Shown here: piece after piece, positions 58,615 to 64,000 of the stretch
Numbering within the stretch: the stretch's first letter is position 1
Layout of the letters: each line of letters begins with the position of its first letter
Notes under the pieces: model-generated
Database searches by the model: none
What the model was told of the DNA's origin: nothing
What the model saw: the letters and a program-made list of their open reading frames with translations, nothing else
IMG/VR virus record: IMGVR_UViG_3300032219_001391
Span: 1 to 64,000 of that record
DNA length: 64,000 nt
Source: a virus
Taxonomy: Duplodnaviria > Caudoviricetes
Strand: one strand, 5' to 3'
Translations under genes and position numbers: made by a program

Positions 58615-59357
58615 TGTTATCAGGTGAATCAATTACCAATGATTTACAACTCACAAGAAGGGGACGAAAAACAGTAAAAGATAATTATTTTGATGTTAGA
58701 GAAGAGGTTGCGGTTAGGATGTACTTAACCGCAACTACTTTTGATGAGAAAAACAAAATCTATAATAATTTCTTACGAGAACCCTTAGATAAGATGATAT
58801 CTTCAATCATTAGAAGATATAAGTTGTATCGTAAAGATATGGACTTCTCAGAAATCCATATAGATACTCATTCATTTTTGATGACAAAAATTGATAAATT
58901 TTCACCATCAAAAGAAAAAAAGGCATATTCTTATTTTGGAACAATTTGTAAGAATTATTTGATGGGTCAAATAATTAAAGACCAAAAAGATACGAATAGA
59001 AAAATTTCTTACGAAGATATATCATCCAATTTAGAAAATAGACCTGATATGGTTTATTATATTGAAAATGAACAAATTGAAGCGGAAGAAATAATTCAAA
59101 AATTCAAAGACGATCTCAAAAAATTTATTGATGTTGAGGAGATGACAATCAATGAGAGAAAATTGGGAATTGCGTTAATTGATATATTTGAGAATTATGA
59201 TCAGATAATATCCGGTAATGAAACTAACAAATTTAATAAAAATGTTATATTGATGACATTAAGGGAAAATACTAATTTAAGTACCAAAGAAATACGGTCA
59301 TCAATTAAAAAGTACAAAAAGTTATATACCGTATTATTAAATAAAATGTTGCAATAA
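58614..59357 (+). CDS. Phage sigma factor (T4 gp55-like late sigma)
   Basis: Sigma region 2-like KIDKFSPSKEKKAYSYFGTICKNYL; no clear region 4 HTH. Confidence 0.65.
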   Translation: MLSGESITNDLQLTRRGRKTVKDNYFDVREEVAVRMYLTATTFDEKNKIYNNFLREPLDKMISSIIRRYKLYRKDMDFSEIHIDTHSFLMTKIDKFSPSKEKKAYSYFGTICKNYLMGQIIKDQKDTNRKISYEDISSNLENRPDMVYYIENEQIEAEEIIQKFKDDLKKFIDVEEMTINERKLGIALIDIFENYDQIISGNETNKFNKNVILMTLRENTNLSTKEIRSSIKKYKKLYTVLLNKMLQ

Positions 59358-59365
59358 ATATTTAT
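59354..59365. promoter_or_regulatory. Palindromic ATAAATATTTAT (overlapping TATTTAT on both strands)
   Basis: Plus copy 59359-59365 lies 4 nt upstream of the ATG at 59370; minus copy 59354-59360 spans the sigma gene stop. Confidence 0.5.
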
Positions 59366-59369
59366 TGAT

Positions 59370-59738
59370 ATGGCAAAAGGTAAAAAAGAAATCAATTTAA
59401 CAAAAGATTCTGTGTTAGCTCTTTTACAAGAGGTTTATAATGAACTTGTTGAACAGAGAAATACCGCAATTAGAATGCAAAATAAATTGATCGGTATGAT
59501 GAAAACAGCTGAAGATATGACGGTACTTGGTCCAGTAATTGAAAAACAACAAAAGATCATTAACGATTGTGTTGATAAAAAATTACAATTGGGAAAACTA
59601 CAATCCGGTCTTTGGGAAAAAACTCAAAACACATCTGATAATTTTACTTTGACTGAAATGGATGATGATCTATTACAAAGTTTAATCATGAAAGATGTTG
59701 AAAAAGGGAGTAACGATTCTGTAAAATATAATTTATAA
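59370..59738 (+). CDS. Hypothetical coiled-coil protein
   Basis: 122 aa, heptad pattern; TATTTAT motif 4 nt upstream. Confidence 0.6.
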   Translation: MAKGKKEINLTKDSVLALLQEVYNELVEQRNTAIRMQNKLIGMMKTAEDMTVLGPVIEKQQKIINDCVDKKLQLGKLQSGLWEKTQNTSDNFTLTEMDDDLLQSLIMKDVEKGSNDSVKYNL

Positions 59739-59739
59739 A

Positions 59740-61659
59740 ATGGCGGTAACTTTAGATACTTCACAGGCTTACAGAGAAATCTCTGAAGAATTAGCATCCA
59801 TTCAATCGTTCAAATCGGTTCAGGATGCTAATGATCTATTGAAAAAGAAAACAGGTGATAAATTAGAACAAAATAAAAATAACTTAGTCACCGAATACAA
59901 GAAGGTTAAGGAAGCTCCCAAAAAGTTTCAACAACAAGTAAAAACACAATTGGATCATTTGGTTGATCTTTTGAAACAAACAAAACCAGGATCAAGTGAA
60001 ACTACGAAATACATTAAGAAAACTTTATTCAAAACAGCAGTAAAAGTTAAACCTGAAATTAAACAAATAATTTTAGATGAATATAGTAAAGTTTTAGGTT
60101 GTTCACAAAATCAAGAATATGTACCACAACCTATTTGGATCCCTGTAAGTTCTATTGACCTATTTCAAATGTTAAAATCTGAACCGAGTTCAAATTATGG
60201 TAAAATTACTTTTGAAACTTCAGATTTATCCACAAGTAGTTTTCCATATCCGATGAATAAACAACTTTATAATCGAACACAAAACTTAGGTAATTCGTTT
60301 GAACAAGAATATGATCAATTTTATAAAGGTGCTTCGGGACAAGATTTATTTAATATTGAATATACTAACACCAATCAAAGTGGTTTTACTGGTGGTGATT
60401 ATTTTAAGGTGACATTATTATCAAGACAAATTGGTATAAATTCAATTGAAGAATTCATTGTTGATTATTTTGAATCAATACAATTATTTGAAAATCAAAA
60501 CTTTTTCAAGAATTTAATGGAGACTATTGTTGGGTCATTAAAAGTTCAGTTACCAACAAAAACGATTGAGGTTGATCAAAAATTTCAAAAACTCATACAA
60601 CGAGTATTGGGAATGTGTTTTGATAATGCAACTGAGATTGATGTAACGGGTACCGCTAAGATTTCAGAATCTGATGGTATTGATGATTCTTTTTTTGAAA
60701 TGACATCAATAGATCTTAGACAAATTGATGAATCAATTTCGTTAATTCAAAGAGGTGTTGTTAAGTTTGAAGATTGTGACAATGTTGAATTACCTGTTGA
60801 TAAAGATTCATTGATACAAAAGATCACACAATTAACCAATCCTGATGTATCTGATAATGATTCAAAGATTGTTGAAGTTGCTGACGAATTAACAAACACG
60901 TTATCAAGTCCTTGGTCTTTTACTATCCCAACAGGATTAAATCTAACAATAGATACTGATCTTATTAAAAATCTTATTAAAGGTTTAATGACCACAATTT
61001 TATCACCAAAAGTATTATTACCATTGATGGTTATGTTAAAGGCTATCGGTAATCAAATTGTGGATTCTATTTATGATGCGGTTGAGTTCTCAAGAAAATT
61101 AAAAACATTGTTCTTAAATGTGGTATCAAAAATAGGTGCAATATTTATAAAGACCTTAACCGATATTTTAATTAAAGATATTAGAAATTTACTATTAGTA
61201 GTCCAAAAAGAACTAGCCAATAGTAATAAATTAAAACAATACCAAATCTATGTGGCGGCGTTAAACACCGCACTAACTGTGGCTAAGGGGATTAAAGACT
61301 ACCGAAAATGTAAAAGTATTTTGGATGAAATAAAAACGATAATCCAACTTGCCAAATCATTATTACCAACATTTGTTCCAAAATCAATTAGAAGTTTGGC
61401 GGCACTTAAATCAGGTTATGATTGTACCAGATCGGTTCTTAATCAAATAAAAGAATTACAATTGGTCGGATTTCCTACAGGACCAACACCATCGGGAAAA
61501 CCAAATATGAAAATACAAACAATGATTGCGGCATGTAAGGGAGCTCAAAAAGAAAGAATTGATAATGGAAAGATGGTGGGTATAATACCACCAATTGATA
61601 TTAGCCAATTATTGGGTGCCGCAACAGGACCTATAAACATTGATGTACTTGAATCATGA
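59740..61659 (+). CDS. Hypothetical large (probably structural) protein
   Basis: 639-aa ORF in the operon leading to the gp5-like spike gene. Confidence 0.55.
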   Translation: MAVTLDTSQAYREISEELASIQSFKSVQDANDLLKKKTGDKLEQNKNNLVTEYKKVKEAPKKFQQQVKTQLDHLVDLLKQTKPGSSETTKYIKKTLFKTAVKVKPEIKQIILDEYSKVLGCSQNQEYVPQPIWIPVSSIDLFQMLKSEPSSNYGKITFETSDLSTSSFPYPMNKQLYNRTQNLGNSFEQEYDQFYKGASGQDLFNIEYTNTNQSGFTGGDYFKVTLLSRQIGINSIEEFIVDYFESIQLFENQNFFKNLMETIVGSLKVQLPTKTIEVDQKFQKLIQRVLGMCFDNATEIDVTGTAKISESDGIDDSFFEMTSIDLRQIDESISLIQRGVVKFEDCDNVELPVDKDSLIQKITQLTNPDVSDNDSKIVEVADELTNTLSSPWSFTIPTGLNLTIDTDLIKNLIKGLMTTILSPKVLLPLMVMLKAIGNQIVDSIYDAVEFSRKLKTLFLNVVSKIGAIFIKTLTDILIKDIRNLLLVVQKELANSNKLKQYQIYVAALNTALTVAKGIKDYRKCKSILDEIKTIIQLAKSLLPTFVPKSIRSLAALKSGYDCTRSVLNQIKELQLVGFPTGPTPSGKPNMKIQTMIAACKGAQKERIDNGKMVGIIPPIDISQLLGAATGPINIDVLES

Positions 61660-61853
61660 AAAATTTTGAAGATATTATTGAGAAACTAAAAGATATTGAA
61701 AATCTACCAAACAAAGATCTTACTGATTTAATGGATCATTTGCAAGAAGATTTTACAAAAACTAAACAAGCAATTATTGATTTGACATATCATTTAGATA
61801 ATGTTGAAATCCTATATAATAAGATAAACAAAGAATATGAACGAAGGTTTTGA
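61656..61853 (+). CDS. Hypothetical protein
   Basis: 65-aa coupled helical ORF. Confidence 0.55.
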   Translation: MKNFEDIIEKLKDIENLPNKDLTDLMDHLQEDFTKTKQAIIDLTYHLDNVEILYNKINKEYERRF

Positions 61854-63357
61854 TTTAAGTAAGTTAGACAAGAATTTATTTCAAACAATTTTTACGGGTA
61901 TAGTTATTGATGACCAAGATCCGATGATGCTTGGTAGAATTAGGGTTGAACCTCAAAACATATGGAATATTCAAGATGTTAAAGGAACGTTCAACGAAAA
62001 TACTGATAAATGGTCAAACAAAGACCCATTCCTATCTTACCCAATATTACCTTTCTTTGTGTATCAAACACCAAAAGTTAATGAGTATGTGAACATACTC
62101 TTTGGTGATAATAAGTTTCAATATCAAAATATGTTTTATTTTCAAGGGATGTATTCATCACCGATGGCATCTCCTTTTGAAACATATAATCAGTCAATGA
62201 AATCTAATTCTTTGGGTTCAAGGGTTAGACCAAGTTTGGCATTAAAAAATAATTTAGGTGAGTTAAATAACAAAAAGAGTTTAGGTATTTTCCCTGAACC
62301 TGGTGATAATGCTGTATTAGGTAGAGGTCCGAGTGACATTGTTGTTAAAAGTAATGAAGTACTTTTACGTGCAGGTAAGACAAACGAATTAAACATTGAC
62401 AGATACCCAACACCAAATCCAAATAGAGCATCACTACAATTATCAAACTTTACAACCGCAACTCTTAATGTTGGTCCGAAACAAGAAGCGTTAATTATTG
62501 AGGAAGGTATTCAAGATGTTAAATATATTATAGAATATTTAATATCCAATCCTGAAAATAATGAAGATAGTTTCTCCGGTAATATCACCATAAAGAGTTT
62601 AAGACCTAATGAATTAACAAAAAGTAATGTAATAAAGGTCACCTCTAATTTAGAAAGTTTAGAAACGTTATATTATACTGAAAATTTTTCAGCACTTCCG
62701 ATGAGTGGTCTTGTAAATACTATTAACACATTTATTACAAACTTTAATAATGGTACTTTTGGTAGTAATCAAACAATAACTAACCAATTCCCATTTGCAT
62801 ATAGACCATCACCATTAACATACGCTTGGATTAAGAACTTCAATGGTATTGATAGTGTTAAACAATTTACCAACGTAACAAAATTATTTATCCAAGTTGG
62901 ATTATTTCCGGGTATTAAGGGTCGTGGGTTTGGTATTGTTGGTGGTCAAAACCAATTAGGTATTGCACCAAAGATTAACATAGACGAATCACAACCAAAA
63001 ACCACAGTAATAGTACCGAATTCTGCTGCAATATTGAATGCGGATAAGGTTGTATTCTTAGCTAATAATACTGCTCAACCCGGTAAAGACATTATAAATT
63101 TAGAAAATAATATTTACGGATTTTCTCAAAATGAGATTAACAATGATATTACAAAAAATACATCATCTATGGTTAGGGGTGAAGCCCTTGTTGAAGTATT
63201 GGATCTTATAATAAAATTTTTAATTTCCCACATACACCCCGAAGCAATGTTACCACCTGATGATGTTTCATTATTGGGGACATCCACAACACAACTACAA
63301 ACGGAATTACAAAATGCTTATCAAAAACTTTTGAATTCAAATATCAGAATCAATTGA
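61837..63357 (+). CDS. Baseplate central spike (gp5/VgrG OB-fold-like) protein
   Basis: GIVIDDQDPMMLGRIRV...P.LPFF...PKVNEYVNILF; C-terminal VRGEALVEVL...HIHP. Confidence 0.7.
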   Translation: MNEGFDLSKLDKNLFQTIFTGIVIDDQDPMMLGRIRVEPQNIWNIQDVKGTFNENTDKWSNKDPFLSYPILPFFVYQTPKVNEYVNILFGDNKFQYQNMFYFQGMYSSPMASPFETYNQSMKSNSLGSRVRPSLALKNNLGELNNKKSLGIFPEPGDNAVLGRGPSDIVVKSNEVLLRAGKTNELNIDRYPTPNPNRASLQLSNFTTATLNVGPKQEALIIEEGIQDVKYIIEYLISNPENNEDSFSGNITIKSLRPNELTKSNVIKVTSNLESLETLYYTENFSALPMSGLVNTINTFITNFNNGTFGSNQTITNQFPFAYRPSPLTYAWIKNFNGIDSVKQFTNVTKLFIQVGLFPGIKGRGFGIVGGQNQLGIAPKINIDESQPKTTVIVPNSAAILNADKVVFLANNTAQPGKDIINLENNIYGFSQNEINNDITKNTSSMVRGEALVEVLDLIIKFLISHIHPEAMLPPDDVSLLGTSTTQLQTELQNAYQKLLNSNIRIN

Positions 63358-63364
63358 TATTTAT
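63358..63364 (+). promoter_or_regulatory. TATTTAT putative late promoter
   Basis: 11 nt upstream of the ATG at 63376. Confidence 0.55.
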
Positions 63365-63375
63365 AATAAAAAGCA

Positions 63376-64000
63376 ATGTCAATATTCCGATCTTATTTCA
63401 GTAAGAACAACACAATTACTTATAGTTCAACAACAAATACTGGTAGAAATCCAATAACTCAGTTATATTTTGGATCACCAAATGACACATTAGGTCCTGT
63501 TGGGTATTCAAGATTTATCTTTGATTTGGATCTGACAGATTTACAAAGTAAAATATCTGAAGGACAGATAACTCAATCAACAATTACTTCTCACATTTTA
63601 AGAATGACAAATACCTCAGCATTTGATACTGAGTTATTAAATTCAACAACAAGTGAGGGTAGTAGAAGAGCCACATCATTTGATTTAGTTCTTTACAGAA
63701 TACCTACAAGTACTTGTACCGACGCGGAAATGTGTTCTTGGGACGAAGGTGTTGGTTATGATTATAACGATACTAAATTAAGTAAAAACTCGTCTTCGGG
63801 TTCATTATCTATTGATAACTTAAATAGTGATAGATCGTATTCTGATAGACCAAGTAACTGGCCAAAAAAATCAACATTATATTCTTGGGGTAATCCCGGT
63901 ACATATAACAATTCGGGACCATTACCTGTTGAGATTGATAGACAACATTTTGAATTAGGTAATGAAGATATCGCGTTTGATATGACAACCGAAATTAACA
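63376..64000 (+). CDS. Partial (runs off the window end) probable virion protein
   Basis: Not in the ORF track. Manual translation MSIFRSYFSKNNTITYSSTTNTGRNPITQLYFG...SRFIFDLDL...ATSFDLVLYRIP...SWDEGVGYDY is open to the end; TATTTAT 11 nt upstream. Confidence 0.65.
   Translation, partial: MSIFRSYFSKNNTITYSSTTNTGRNPITQLYFGSPNDTLGPVGYSRFIFDLDLTDLQSKISEGQITQSTITSHILRMTNTSAFDTELLNSTTSEGSRRATSFDLVLYRIPTSTCTDAEMCSWDEGVGYDYNDTKLSKNSSSGSLSIDNLNSDRSYSDRPSNWPKKSTLYSWGNPGTYNNSGPLPVEIDRQHFELGNEDIAFDMTTEIN

Noticed and set aside
893-62396. Numerous 60-130 aa ORFs antisense or off-frame to the main genes (e.g. 1850-2161, 7074-7373, 9563-9835, 23026-23388, 36815-37204, 54760-55095)
   Set aside because: No domain motifs, starts mostly lack upstream signals, and they are fully overlapped by well-supported genes.
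1-64000. Stop-codon reassignment (seen in some large phages)
   Set aside because: Genes are full length and tightly coupled under the standard code, with TAA, TAG and TGA all used as stops.
1-64000. tRNA, rRNA or CRISPR arrays
   Set aside because: Intergenic gaps are short, and none showed a cloverleaf or repeat-spacer pattern by eye; tRNAscan-SE/Infernal would be needed to exclude them fully.

Overview
AT-rich 64 kb segment of a large T4-like (contractile-tailed) dsDNA phage genome, read with the standard genetic code. The host is probably a Bacteroidota species (inferred from TAnnTTTG-type promoters and the lack of Shine-Dalgarno motifs). The window holds: a minus-strand tail/baseplate module (hub-like, LysM, OmpA-domain protein, tape measure, chaperone, tube, sheath, terminator, neck); an intein-containing SNF2 helicase, Fe/Mn SOD, neck protein and family B DNA polymerase; two large glycosylation blocks (about 19 glycosyltransferase-like genes, gmd/fcl, methyltransferases, and a PRK/aldolase/phosphatase/nucleotidyltransferase cassette); dUTPase, PhoH, a gp55-like sigma factor and a gp5-like spike. 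The most striking signal is the 365-aa helicase intein (15759-16853). Its own frame carries no recognisable endonuclease, but the same DNA encodes a complete Zn-finger/DUF559(Vsr-like) endonuclease in the +1 frame (16000-16803), preceded by a copy of the putative late promoter motif. Other hidden features are a candidate +1 frameshift (UUU_CGU) extending the tail chaperone, a recurrent TATTTAT motif upstream of late genes, and a structured leader on the DNA polymerase mRNA. All family assignments come from motif recognition by eye; no database search was run.
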